Of a stretch of 64,000 nucleotides of DNA, positions 20,301 through 35,300 are shown piece by piece. Made by a program: the position numbers and the translations under genes. A model generated the notes under the pieces. That model searched no databases. It was not told where the DNA came from and saw only the letters and a list, made by a program, of their open reading frames with translations. Within the stretch, counting starts at the first letter, position 1. Each line of letters starts with the position of its first letter. The stretch is taken from the NCBI GenBank assembly GCA_040954595.2, contig CM082588.2, forward strand, positions 2,810,413 to 2,874,412. The letters are read 5' to 3'. The DNA is from Balanoglossus misakiensis. Its lineage: Eukaryota; Animalia; Hemichordata.

Positions 20301-23300
20301 GATACAACAGTACACGTATAACATGAGCCTTGATTGCCTGGCCTTCTCAATATAAAGAACACTACTGGTAATAGATATCAGCATGTCCACATCAATCTCA
20401 ATTTCACGTCATTGGTATTCTCTCACTAATGATCATCGCCCTTCAGGAAATGAAATTATGATCCAACTTGCAAATCCACGAGGAGCCATTGCAAAAAGCA
20501 AAGTTTTATCAAACATTCACGTCAATACAGGGATCAACACAAATATCACTGATAAATGATTACAGTTTAATAGCTAAAAAGTGCAGTTACTAGGGTTTGG
20601 AGTTTTCCACTCGTGAATGCCCCGTATTTTCAAGGGCCACATTATGCCACCATTCATTACTCTAGGACAATTAAAATGGAATATGATACTTAGCTAAAAC
20701 ACGGCTCTTAAGCATTACCTGCCATTTTAAAACTCATTTTGGTCACCAATTTCTCCCCCGACCAAATGTAAACAGTGTGAAACGTGACTTCATTAATCAA
20801 AGCAAATACTTGTATGTTTCACACATCTGTCAGTGTCAACTGGAATATTTTGTATATTTCCGCGCGATACGTGATATACGCACGTGGGTCTTGCATACCG
20901 ATCAGGTTTTCTAGTAACCATGCTGGCCATGCTCATTTAGCCAGACTGAGGGTTAGAGTCGCAGCAAGTCTGAACAATTGAAAACTAGAATGAAGTGAGA
21001 TGTTGGTGTACAGATGTATACATGTATGACTGTTTGTGGATCTTTCTAGTTTTGGCAAAGTCCTTTTTTCATCCTTGCTTTGTCTATTGTTTAACTTCAT
21101 ACCCCTATAGAGAAACATTTTTGAATGCAATCTTTTGTTTGTCAACAATGAACTCCACAAAACACACTATGACAGCAAAATGAGTCTTCTCATCTGATAT
21201 TTCACTCGCTATCAATGACATACTCCCTGGCTTCAAGCATAGACCCTGGATATATCTTCAGGGTCTACGCTTCAAGATACCGATGCATAGCTCACACATC
21301 TGCAGCGTTGCTTGGTAACCGTGAATACCAAAGTGGGGAAGTCAAGATGCAGACGGCACTAGACTGTCGTAAAGTCCACTCTAAAACATAATTAATGATC
21401 TGTTCTTTGAGTGCGAAGGTTCATAAACAGTCTCAGGACATCTGCCACCTTCGACTTAACACAATTTGAATGGTAATTTAATGTAAAATATAACCATTCC
21501 AAAACTATACAAATGCACACCAATGAACTCATGCGACTTTTAATTTTTCAAGTTACTTATTGATGTTTTCTGTCTTCCAGATTATGTGAAGATGAGATCT
21601 GTCTGTTCTCTGCAAATAAGTACTTTTGAGTCTTGTTCATCAATTCAAAGTCAAGCATTGCAGTCAGCTAGCACAAGATTCTTCGAACTCCCATCAACAA
21701 ACTAGGTAAGGTAATTCTACACATGTATGATGTACATTGTACGGTTGGTGGCACTGAACACCTTGTACTATTCCACCATAGTGTGATGTAATTGTCTAAG
21801 CCTGCTTTTTGGCTTGATACAGCCTCAGATCTGAACAGGCGAGTCTATCAACAGCCATTGCCCATTGCTCTTGGCTACGCCTGTCAAGTTCAAGATTTGC
21901 CTTTCGGTGCGATTAGTTTTGCCAAGTACTATAGTGGCTTAACCATCGATCAGTGGTTAACAATGGTTATGCTGATTAAATATACCTAAGCTTGTGTGCA
22001 TGCTCACAACACAAATTGTTTCGGTCATTAAAATGCAAGTGGCCAGAACCACACGCGATTGCATTGAACACAAATGCCAACCAAAGAAGTGTCAGATGCT
22101 CAGCTTTGCCTGTGTTTGCCAAACACTACACGATTTGTTGGTGAACAACTCTTACTGGTATGTACATCATTGTTTTCACACATTGCTTATTGCGCTTTAA
22201 TGGACTTTGTGCCTCTCGACACAGGTCACTTGAGGGTGCCTGTTACAGACACTTCACACTGAATGGAAAAGGGGTGACTATATAGTCTGTGCATGGACGT
22301 TGCTAGTACATGATGGTCTGCACACGGACGCCCAGGGCATGGGCTGATTATTGTCTTCAAGTCTGAGTATGAATAGAAATCTGACTTCACCCGTTGCTGC
22401 TTGTTCACACGTTGATAACAGTCCTCTTCCCTTTTTACTTATTATGAATTCTCTAGATGTGGGTTGAGAAACTCTTGACCACATACAGGGTTCCTCCCCG
22501 CTTGCACAGGTCTTCAAGCATATCCAATCAAAAGTATAAAATGAGATACAAGTCGATGTAATCAAGATCTCCCATCACCTGGGAGACAGCTCAGAGATAA
22601 TTGGGCAATTTGTGCATGCATTTGACCATGGCAACTGTACACGCTGTGTCAATTTCGGAGAACACTCGTGAAACAAACAAAAAACTCCTCCCATATGTCA
22701 CTGGTATCATCACATGTTATAAATACAAGACAGCAACCTCTGTATAAGTCTTGAGTTAATTTTCTTTTTCCAACTGAGATGCGCGCATCCGATAATAGTG
22801 GCTCAATTCCCCAGCGTCGGGGTCACAATTACCTGATAATGGGAACAATAGGTCTCTGGACGCACGGACACGGATTCATTACACTTTGTCTGTACAGTTA
22901 ACATGGTCTGCGATCATTATCACGTCTGACAATTACACCCTGAATGGACCCACTTCTTCTCACTGAGGTACTTACAGGGGATGTAGAAAAACGGCCAACA
23001 GCTGGCAAAAACAAACCGTGAGCAAACAAAAATCTTGCCAACTCCTGAAATCTAAGACCCAATGGAAATCACAGAAAAGTGTAATTGCCCTGTACAGAAA
23101 GTCTTTCTATAATCACAACTGCATGTATTTTTGCATAGTTGTTTATAAAAGTCCTCTACCTGTATCTTTTAAAATTGTAGTAGATAAAAAAAACGATAAC
23201 AAAAAAGTTAACAGAAGGCATTCTGGGTAATAAATTACCAAGTGACAAAAAGTTGTGGAGTGGCTGTTTCAGATTATGCAATTATTAAGCAGCCTCTGTT

Positions 23301-26300
23301 GAAATAATTGGAATCATTATCAGTGGTACTGGATTTATACACCAGCTGATTCACATCATTTCTGTCGACTATCCACACATTAAGTTAAATCTTCAGGCCA
23401 GCCATCATATCATCAAATTATTTTTCTTCATCCAGACAATATGCTGCTTTATATGCTTGTGCAGTGAAGCGTGTTACTGAAACAAGGGAATAGGAGCGAA
23501 GCACATGCATGTCTGTTTTAGGTTAAGCAAGGTTTTATTCTCCTTTGTGCAGGGATCAGTGGACTTGTGTGCAACTTTGACGAACAACTCTGAACACTAG
23601 CTGTAACATGGCTGGAAGTCATATTGAAAGATGTTCACCGGAAACGTATTCCTATCTTATTGAGAAAGTACTTTTCTCCTTTTATTCAGTGTGCTGCGAT
23701 TAACAGCTCAGCACCAACAGACTTAAGGATCTGTTAACAACATGGCTGCCATCTTGCACTAGACGTGCACTTGTGCCAAGCGCCCCGCGTATATGGTTAG
23801 CATGTGTTGCAAGAAAAAAAGGCAATGAGGGCCGAGGTGCTGAGTGGCAGCTGCGAGGGGGGTAGGGCAACAACGTAAGCTACCCATCTGTTGGCAAAAC
23901 TCCGACTGCCATCGAGTCGGCAGCGTGCGCAGGCCAGCATCACAGTTAAAACCCCCAACTGTACGTTTTTGGCTATTGTCACGCGGGGCTGAGCTGCACA
24001 CGTCTGTGTAAAACATGTTTTACTCTCCCGTATCACGTGCACCTCTGATCTCCTTGTCCTGCTCTGCATAACAAATGATATAAATACGATTAATAAAACT
24101 GGACCGCCCCTTCAATAAAAGCCCTGAGCATACCAGACTATGCTAGGTGGTGGAATAAAACTAGGCCCGTCTCCCAAGTTGGGAAATGTTGGTGCTATTT
24201 CACAGCATACAAGCTCGGTGCTTGCTTTAATTAAGTACTGAGTGTCTCAACAAAATATCAACAAAAGTATAGGCCTTAAGGGTACCAGTCCATACAACGC
24301 ACTGACAGCGTTCAGTATTTTTGGTTTAAAAACTGATGCGCAAACTATACACTGCCCCTCAGTGGACACAAACTAACAGATTGTCATAGAATGACACCAG
24401 CAACCTTATCAGCAACCAATGAAACGCAACTGCAGTTAAAAGCACATACTGCATTAAAACCCTATTTTAACCCAATGAATGCCGGCTTTGTAAAGAAAAG
24501 TGGCTTGCTATAATAACCGTTATTAAGGAATTGTATTGGGATGCACAGGGGCTGGCCAACAAAGGGAGCCCACAGAAAATGGCAGGACAGCAATGGCTTG
24601 CACAATATATTGACTGTTAGTCATAAATGCTTACTCGTGAGCCAGACAATGGCCACAAAGGAACTCTGGCGAAGTGGTCTTTCAGCAATGTTGGACATTG
24701 CCAAAATATTTATATAGGACTTGGTGTGGTGGTGGTGCGGGTTGGAAAACTGTCCGACATAATGAGTTTCTTTTTTTTTTCGCAGTGTTTTGTAGAGAAG
24801 TGGGACTGTGCATAAAATGGAGACATCTGTGAACCTGCAAGGCAATTGTGATTTGAGACAAAGTCACCAGTTTAACTTCATGACAGCCATCCTTCAGTTT
24901 TGGGAGCGTGAGTGATGGAGAAGTGGGGGGAGGGGGGAGGACAGAGAAATTATCCGGTATCCCTTATCCTTGACTTAGGCCAAAACCAGTTTCAATGCAA
25001 AGTGGCTGGTTAAAAAACCCGTCACAGTACAGTGTCTGAATTCAATTACTGGTAAATCTTTTCAACAGGCGAAAACCCCACTGATAAACCTGAAGTATTT
25101 AATCTACCTTCTTGAAATCTCCTTGGGCACAATATTTTGGGGACAAATACTTTCTGAAGACATTATAATATTTCAATATGGAAGGAAGTATAGGAAGTCC
25201 ACTATTCGATTACGCGCACGCGCATAAGATGATCACCAGCCTTTAAACGCTGCATTGCCCGAATTTTGTGGAGTTTCCTCCCCTTTGGCCAGCATATAGT
25301 GCGATCCAGTTGCCATTGTTTTCAGTGGCAAATTTCGACCTCAGAACTGGGAAATAGGGGTGCTAATGTTAAATACAAATATAAACTTCTTTCATATACT
25401 CCAGTGGGATCAAATTACAACAATTTATTTTTTAAATGGTGATTGCTTTTGGCTAGTTTCCGATCCAAATGGCCGTTTTCTTTTGATTTTTAGTTTTTTT
25501 TACGGTAGTTTGTTTCTTTCAACTATGGCAGTGATAGATCTTAATACAGTTTCGTTGAACAGAGAACACAGCCTGAAGTGCTGATAAGTTTGTAACAGCT
25601 GGGCAAACCAGCCATTTGCAATCAAAGATTTCTAATTTACTTTTCTACGAACAGATATAAAATAGATGAGATTTAAGGAAAACTTCGTACATGTGGATAT
25701 ATAGTGCATCAACGGTCAACCACACACAACTTCCATCCTGCTTGTAGACACGAGAGTGAAAAAACTCGCCAAAATGAATAATCAGTCTCTACATTTTGGG
25801 TGAGTTGTTAGTCTCATATCACACAAGCGGGATGGAAGAAATACTGTACTACAGCTATACAGTTATTTCAAAGCTGAATTGACAGAACTACTATCTGGGA
25901 TTTTCATTCAAAAAATAAGCAAAAAACAAACAAACAACCAGGACTTTTGATGCAGCAGACGTGTGACAATTACGTGGACAAAAAACTGACAGATGACAAC
26001 TCTTAAAGATACTTGGTAATGATTAATGGTTTGTAAGTCGATTTGTCTGAAAAATCCATTATTTAACCAGCTTATCTTTCATTAATTGTCAGAATGATTC
26101 CTCCTAAACTGCACAGATACATCGCAGAAATTACTCATCACTGAGATTTGCAGAAAAAAAAGTACAAATATTTTGCTTTATTTACATCATTGCAACTTTA
26201 TCAAGCACTCAAATTAGATTCATCTCTCAGAAATTTGGGATGTACATTTTAAAATATTATTTCTCCCAAATTTTGCAGAAAAAATTCTGCGTACGACACT

Positions 26301-29300
26301 TTTTGCACTTTTAGTCGGCTTTTGTCGAGAGGATTAAGCTGTATTCTCACCAAGGACACGAGCATTGTTACCGACCCTCCCTCCCTCTTCAATTTGCATG
26401 GCATAAAAACAAACCTGGTATTACTGAGCGCTATTCAGCGAGGATGGTCAGCTCCAAGCAACACCAGCGCACCACATGTTCCGACAACTTGTGGTATTTT
26501 GTCAGAATACAAAACGTGTTTTAATAGTGAATTAAGTGCAATTGTATAATCCACACTGAAGGCCTGCCTAACCATGCATGCCACATTGCTTCTGACACAC
26601 ACATTGTATTTGTCGACGCGCAAAGACGGCAACCAAAGAAAGAAAAAAACGGCGCTAAGACAGCAAAGCCGGTACACGGAAAGACTCGGACAAATTATTT
26701 TCTCTGAAAGCAGCCATCTTGTGATCAATTTCGACCCAGTTTTGCTAACAATTACGGTCTTCATGCTCCCTTTTTCCTGGCAGATGTTATAAAAGGATAG
26801 CGAAACTCTATCTATTGTTTGCACACATCCAGTGCAGTGTATAACAGTTGGTCTTAGTCTTTCTTTCTGTTCAACTGGGACACATGTACCCTAGCAGGGC
26901 AAATAACAATTCTTTCAAAAAAAAATCTGTCACTGAATTAAAAAAAAAAATCAGGAATCTAATTTTCCGACAAAATGTATTAATTCTATCCAATTGAATT
27001 TTACTCCTTTACATCTTCCTTCGGTAGAAAAATATAGTGAATAGTGAATGCTCTTCATGATATACTGGGCCAAAAATTTGACAAGTTAGATTTTTCATCT
27101 TTTGTTTGTTTGATTTTTGTATGATGAGAAGGATTTATCATTTATACAAATGTCATCTGTACATTCACGTACATCAGCAGAAGTCTGTTGGGTTCACAAA
27201 CGATCGCATGTCTGTGACCTTCCTGCATGGAATATGTATTATTGTTCTGTTATTTTTATCGCAGTCTGTTGTTCAAGGTTCAAGTTCAACTCCCTAAAGC
27301 ATGATGAAATATGCCTACAACTATTTTGCATTTCAACATGGCCTTATGTGCTATGTCAATACTGCTTTGTTCAAAACTGAACTTGAGGCTTGGATTTACA
27401 GAAAATGGTCATCCTCCAAACTCTGCAGTCTATCATGATCTCGAACAGAGCTACGAAAAAAGTATCGCATCCCATACTAAGTTTGGCTCAGACATCTCTT
27501 TGATGTCCAGATATTATGGGTCATAAGATAATTTAGTCATGCTCCACTGCAAGAATTGTTTATATATAAAGTTATGTAAAGACATAGAGATGATACAAAA
27601 TTTCCACTTTTTACACTCAGTTTGTCCAAATTTCTGTTTGTTAAAATATATGAAATGCAAGTCTCTTTACAAGGGAGCAGAGAGCACAAAAGCCATCACG
27701 TGACCGTGTAAATTTGGAAAGCCAGTTGGGGTGGAAGAAAGTGCAGGCTGTAACCCGAATGGGAGGCATATGTACTCTCTGTGCATCAATTTGCCGTGCC
27801 AACTCAAGCATTGAATGCAAACATATTACACAACATGGCCACCATATCCGACGCAGTGCCCCCCCTACAATATCACCAAAAAAGTCGCCTCTTCAATCAA
27901 AGCCTCACAGAGTCCCGGAATACTTCTATTTGGTCAGTCCGTTTCCCCTGGCAACAGTCTTCACTAGCTTGTGTGTGCCTCTTTTTTCTTTGAATCCTCA
28001 CCCCCCCCCCCAAAAAAAAATCGGCAAACAACTGTTCACATTATGCATCTGCCTTTGTGTGTCCTCTGGTTATCAATTGCGGCCACTTATTAGATTCCTC
28101 TTTTTAACTTGTGATATACCAATCAGTTATTCAGCTCGTGAAAGGCGGACAAAGTAGCCTTCTTGTGACATAATTTGGGGTTGTTTTGGTCGCACCCGAG
28201 AAGTTATTTTTGATTGTGCGGCCGAATGAAACATCTTGAGTTGCCGGTGCCTTTGCACTGACCTGCCACTCTGCAGTCCACCCTACGTAGGTGTCAGTGC
28301 GTCCTTTTTCAGGAAATTAGAGTGCCGACTATATACTTTAGGTTGTGTAATGTTAATAAGATGGATACTGTCAGGGATTTGAAAAAGAAAGTACAGTAGA
28401 TGTGACTGGTTGAGAGTACAGGATGCTCATGATGACAGCCAATTACAATGCAGTTTTAAAGTGGACTGTCACTTGAAAAGTTCTGTGTATGGGAAGCAAA
28501 ATTTGTCCAACAAGAATTGAACTTTTATGCTTCTTAAGTCCCGGCCTTCCTCGATATGAAGCAGTAAAACTGAAGTGAGCATATCCACACAGCGTGGCAA
28601 ATACGAGCGTGGCAAATTAACCATCGCATAATTGTTTCTATGAGTTCAGTGAACTCCTATACTATATGACAAACAAAGCAAATAAACCACTGTGTATTCA
28701 TAAAAAGTTAAAGCTTGTGGGTTGATTGAGTTTTTGAACAAAAATGACCAACAAAACGGAAGCCCGTTCCTAGATGGTCTCTTTGAGTGGGAGACATATG
28801 GGCTATTTTGTAGAAATTGCCCCATAGAAAGTGGAACAGTTATATCCGAGCATTTGTAAAACGATATACATTTCACAGAACTGACAAAGCAATTTTTTAA
28901 AATGTCTAAATCATGAATTAGGCATGCACGCAATCTGGTCACAGGAAAACAACAAACACAAGACTCCATCAGTAAAATAGATCTTTGGTTTGTCATCGAA
29001 AATACCTCCTTGCCATGTTGGCTTCCGAAACTTGTCTGTTGCAAACTTGTATCTGACAAACCACACTGTCATTTGAACAACTTAACTTGACTGGGTGTCA
29101 AAAATACTAGCAGAGACCGGTTGTAAAAAAGAAAAGTGACCACCACTTCTCTATAAGCAAAACGTCAAAATTGTTCTCTGAACAAACTCCGAACAGCCAC
29201 TTTGAAAGGCATGAGCAAGTGATCATAGGCATAAATACAATCACCAATGACGTTTCTTTTTGCAAATTTCCAGAAGAAAATTTGGCCTGAAACTCTGGGT

Positions 29301-32300
29301 AGGTTTAACACAGCACTACGTGTACAAGTAGACTCCATCTGTCGACCAATTATTGTCATATTATTTATTCACACTGCAAGTGTGGAGCGTTTAAGCAAGT
29401 CGTCCAACAACTGTTGGTCTGCAGGAAGTAAGGTGTACAAAGTATATTAGATACAAACAGCAATAAACAAGTAGCAAAAACTGACCCTTTAATATGTAAC
29501 TACATGTATGGTGTATACCTCAAAACTTGAAGCACTGGTGCTCCATCAAACAAATTAGCAAATGTTTTCATGGCATGTTGCACAAACACAGCTATTGGAG
29601 ACACAAATACCAATTCCTTCCATGATGACGACACCTCCATGGGACAAAGTTGACATAGAACTTGAAATTTGAAGGGAAGCAGCAAAACTTCAGCCATGGT
29701 GCTCACTGCACTGGTCATGCACTGCAGCAGATATGTTCACTCTGTGCGGACCAAGAACTTCTGCAGTTCACCAGAATGAAATTTGCACCTCCAGAGTTTC
29801 ATCTTTAAGAATTTCAACACCATGAACTGGGTTTATGTACTTGCATTGACATACAGCCAGAGAGACACTGCGTTGTACTGTGCCTTTCCCCCCCATTTTG
29901 ATAATAAACACTAGAGAACACAGTCCAGGAAAGCTTCGTCACCAGACTGAGGCAGAGAAGTCCCAGATGCAACCTTCGGGCCGATCTTAGTTAAGGTGCA
30001 GGCCCGCGATAAGCGTTACGCTGGTGTTTTGCGACAGAGGAGGGGAGGCAAATCAGTCTCTTCTAATCCCTTACCCTCAGGGCATCCTGCAGCTAAAATG
30101 CTCTATAGTTCTTTCTTTCGATCTTTTTTTTTTTACAAGTGGGCAGATGTCAAATTTGCGAGGTGCACACGTAGCCCTTCTGGCAACCAGTTTCATATCT
30201 CTTGCCGATCAATGGTGCAGTCAGAACGCACGCTTGCAGGGGGAACTCTTCAGTCACGCAGGCAAATGCCCCATTACAGCGGCAGCATAATACAATCACA
30301 GGCTGATCTATCCCTAATAGCATTTTAATGGGTGAAACAACCACCCAGGCCTTTCTTTCCTCTGACTAGGCCTAATACTTATATGTCATGGTAATTCTAA
30401 TTATCATACAATCTGTCTATCTGTGTAGTCCAAACGACTCACCTATTGAGCGAAGTGGGTATTTGAGCTATCCATAATGCCCAGGGCTAGGACGGACAAC
30501 GGCCCACACTCAGTTAGCCCACTGATTTAATTACATCAATCATTTAATAATTTGAAAATTATATTTACAAAGAGTAAACTGTCAGAGTGATAAACACTTT
30601 GTCTGTTGTGGCACACTTCGGGCACATGTGCGTATGACAAACGTAGGCAAACAGAAAAGCCAGGCACAGTCGGCAATTTGCACCGTCAACTAAAGCTTAC
30701 CCCCCTTCCCTACAGTGCCCACTTTTTTTCTTCATTCGGTAAAAACAGAAAAAAAGATTGGATTATTTTCTTCCCTTGGATGACTTTATCAGAGGCAGTG
30801 GGTTATCTTGAGGGAGAGGAGATCACATGATCCCCGGAATGAGCACAATAGGTAAAGTAAAACTGACAGAAAATTGTGTAGACGTGATGTATCTTGCTAT
30901 CTAGCACCCGTTCACAGCATATGTCAACTTATTTAACTTCATCAGACTTCGAACATGTATTCTTTACATCGTGGTACACCTATATATTCATTCTCCAAAT
31001 CAATGCAAAAGCTGTTTTTATATATATATAACTTTTTAAAAGTAAAATATTTAAAAGTTTTTTGCACTGGGATATAAAAACAGACTTTTTTCATTTACTC
31101 TAAAATGTCTTGATTTAAGTATTTTTTATTTTAATTTTACTAAGAAGGTATGTGATTGTATTACACTGCGTTAAATGTTTAAAATGGCAGCAGAACTGTT
31201 GAGCACCCTATGCACTGACTCCTGCAGTCAGGCACTGAATGAGTCCTTGTGATTTACGAACTACATTAAAAGCCCCCTCTCAAGAGCAGAGCTGGTGAGC
31301 AAAAAATTAGAAATAAATTGGGGAAAAATTGGAAATAAATAGCCCATAGCTTGACCTTTCTGCTTGAGTTCTTCCGGCAACAAAGAGCACATAAGGGCTG
31401 TAAAAATCAAGCTTTTTGGGAGAATACGTGAAAACAAATGGCAAGCAGCCCTGGGGAGGGTTTTTCTGTAGTGTTTATTGTGCTCGTCCAACTTGCGTAC
31501 AGGCCATTGTGCCAAGTTCAATTGAAAGCCACTCTAGCTTTGAAGTGGGCCGGAGTGGGCCACATGTAATTGATGTGAATTTGCTGCAAAAGTGATTCTG
31601 ATATCGATTTTTTTTGGGGTGTTCTGCATACAGTTGCTCTTTCTTCACAAGTTTCACCCTTGTGCTTCAAAAAGGGTACACCCAATTTCACTTCAATCAG
31701 CGACCACAAATTAACATTATTGCATGTTCATTGCTTTCTGATTATTAATTTGAGTTTCTTCAAATGGAATACATACACATAAAAAGAAAAAAAATATTAG
31801 CTTTGAAAATATTAGTTTACATAATATTCAGCATGCCCTGAGCTCCTGAAATAAACAAATTGAATTACAAATTCCCACTTTGAACACATTACAATTCCAG
31901 TTGAATTTTTCATCCCCCAAGCCACCTCTTTTCTCTCAAACTGTAATTTTCTTTCTGAGAGTAGGTAGATATTTATTATCTTGTGCTTTGTAAAAAGGAA
32001 GTTATGCGTCGGTAGTAGGATAATGATAACTTCAAACAAGAAATATGCCCCCCCCCCCTGTATATCTCCCGAAATATGACAGATGGCGCAACATTTACAA
32101 GGCAGGTGCCTGTACAACCACAACCTCCATTTTTAACTCACTGTAGTTCCCCCGTCCAGCGAGAAAACACACAAAAACCACCATACCCACCCACTCCATT
32201 GTCTCCTGACTCTAGCTGATCGAATTTGCAAATTTTGTTTCTCCATTTTTCAGTGTTTTGTTCATCAGTCAGGGGGTCCCTAACCAGGCAGTTGGTTGTA

Positions 32301-35300
32301 ACAGTGCTATGCATGCACGCCTACAGAGGAGACTGTGCGACAACTAAGAAACCATCAAATACAGCTTTTTACTCAGAAATGTGTCTTTTTCTGTTCTAAG
32401 CATCAAAAGAGATGTTTGAATTGCAGATTGTGTTGAGTAATTATGAAGGGATACAGTAACAGGCTAATTATCAGTATGCCATTTTTATCAATGCTTTCAG
32501 TGAGAATTCTTACACAAATACTGGTCCTCATTTTCTATGGATTTAACAAATTTCAATGATATTTGTTTATTAGTAGCATGCTTTATCACACTTGCATGTT
32601 GTAATTGGGAAAGCTAAATAAACTTTCTTTGAATAATTTTTCTGTAGTTTTAGAGGATTCCTGAACCAGTTGTCAAACTTTTCACATTTTTATGCAATTG
32701 TGTGACTGTCTCTCTTTTTTTACTTTAAGCAAAACCTCTCTGCTAATTAACGAAAAACCTCAAACACTTTCAAAAATTAAGCTGATTTTCTTCTCTTTTT
32801 TGACATGAAATGAATTTGGTGAAAAGTGAAAAGAGAACACTGACAATGGCTGTGTGAGGCTTTCAATTTGACAGAGGGAAAATGTTTAGAAAAGAGCTTT
32901 TGTCAAGTTGCTTCAACTGATACAATCATGCAAATCAAACTTCATTAAATCTGTTTTAGAAGTAAAAGCAATAACCTTGGAAGACGGAGATCAGTTTATA
33001 AATCCAATAATGCCAAAAGAAGCAGACAAACTTAAAATCTGTGAAAATCTGCCATGGTAAGCTTTTAGCTTTCCAACTTATCACCGTGCCACATGTGCAG
33101 TACAAAAAAGTTTTTGACTAGTTAGGGTACGCCAACCAAGTTTTCTGAGGGTTTTTTCCTTCAAAAATAGAGGAAAATTCCTCCTCAGAGACACTGGGAT
33201 GAAGATTTTGGCTTAAGCCATACAAGCCGGCTGGCACTAATTACTGACAAGGTGAAAACATTGGAAATGAGGTGAAGTGTTTTACCAATAATCGCATTTG
33301 AAAATCCACTCATGACAAATCCCATAATTCCTTTCATGTCAAAGAGCTGCCCTTCTTTTGTACACCGCACAGACAAGCAGATAGTTTCCATGCTAGTCTC
33401 TTCTGATGCAACCATTAATTTTCACTTCATACGACTTAACACTTTACCAATTCACCACACCTGTCTTGCAAACAAATCCGTTTTCCACTCCAACCTCCTC
33501 AAGCTCAGACGACCGGACTTACATCACAAAACTTGAAAACAGGCTGTGTCTATCTCTCTGCCAGTAAGGCATCAATCTAACACCTTACGATCGTTTACTT
33601 GGATACTTGTAATTTTCTGTTGTTGTTTTTTCCATTCCTTAAGGGAATATTCCGTTTGGCCCGGAATGCATCACACTCTCCCCAGAGGAAGTGTCAGTTT
33701 AAGGAAACAAAGGAGTGAAATTACAGCGAGTGAAAGGCGCGAATGTCATTTCCTACGCAGCATTGTACGCATTGTATGCTAAGGTTATTAACAACTCAAT
33801 TTCAATGCTGCTACTTGGTGTCGCACAGGGCGTCTACACCTCATTAACTGGTATTTAGTATTTTGTCCTTTGCTTCCGACAGATTGCACTCCCGTCACCC
33901 TCCAGAAATTCGAGTGACGGGTCGGTGTGAAAAGAGAGTATTTTGCAAAGATGCAAACAGAAAGCAGTCATAAAAAACCCACATAGACAGAAGAATTCAA
34001 GGCCATCTGCTCCATCTTTGAACTGAAGTACATGTAGCAGTCCATACTTGATGTATGCCACTGATTCAAAACTGTTAGAGTCGACTTTTGATGCGTTTTC
34101 ACGGCTTTGATAGGTCAAAGTGTAGAAGAACTAACTAAATACATGTGTTTCCGGTATGAGGGTTACAAGTTACATTAAACATAAAAAATTATTAAAATTA
34201 TGGAAACATCTCCCTTTGAACAAGTAGACCTTGAGTTACAGCTTTAATTCTTCGAACGCTTACAGTTTCACTGCCGAGGAAGGGGTCAAAGAACTACCAA
34301 AATCATGTGCCAAAGTGAGTGACTTTGCATCGTGGAAAACCACACAAAAGTCTGTGATTTATCCCGGATATTGCATAAACCATTGTGTGTTTGATGGATT
34401 GGACTCTTGGAGTCACAGTTAGAGAGACATGCAGGGTTGACTAGCTGTGGAGTAATCTGCATGTATAAACACACAGCTCAGCCATAATTCATGAACTCCT
34501 TTCTGTTTCTCCCTCTCTCGCACGTGGCCACAACGCTATAAAAAAGAGTGACAGAGGGGGGACACTCCTCTGAAACAAGGCATGCACCAGACCGGAACTG
34601 CATACATTACTTCTCTCCTATAAAATAAGAGTTCTTCATAGTCTTGGCGTTGTATCCGTTTCCACGGATACTGGTGGGCTGGTTGAAATGCGCTATTGGA
34701 TTGTTTGTCAAAGCATCCTTCCCCCAAAATGAATGGAACTGATGCAGGTCAATGGACATCACTTGGCAAGAGACAGCCACAGTTTTACACATGGAATCAT
34801 ATCTAACTTTCTGGGTTTTCGTTTATTACAGAACGTACGTTCTCCATTGTCGGAACGTGCTAGTCAACAATAACACATGACTCGATGACAAACAGCAAAC
34901 CAGACATGTTGATAAACAAAACAAAAATATTGAGAAAAAAAATCAGAAGTTGCATAGTGGCCCTTTAACACATACTGCAGTAAAAGAGACTTTACACTGA
35001 AAATATTTTTCCAGTTGATTGCTCAATGAAAGGAAATCTACTTCACTAAAAACAACACTGATGCCACTTGACGTAAGAGGGACTCTTTCAGTGAAAAAGT
35101 AACATTTTGACAGTGCATTACGTCTCGCTAGAATTAACCTCCACAAAGGAAGAGGCCCAATGAACAAGCACAAAAGAAAGAAACACTTTACACACAACAA
35201 TGCTCTCAATTCACACCACGGGACTTGAGAACCTCAATAGACACTGATTAATTAAGACAATAGAAATGTAATTAAGTTTGACTTAATTAGGCAGATGATT

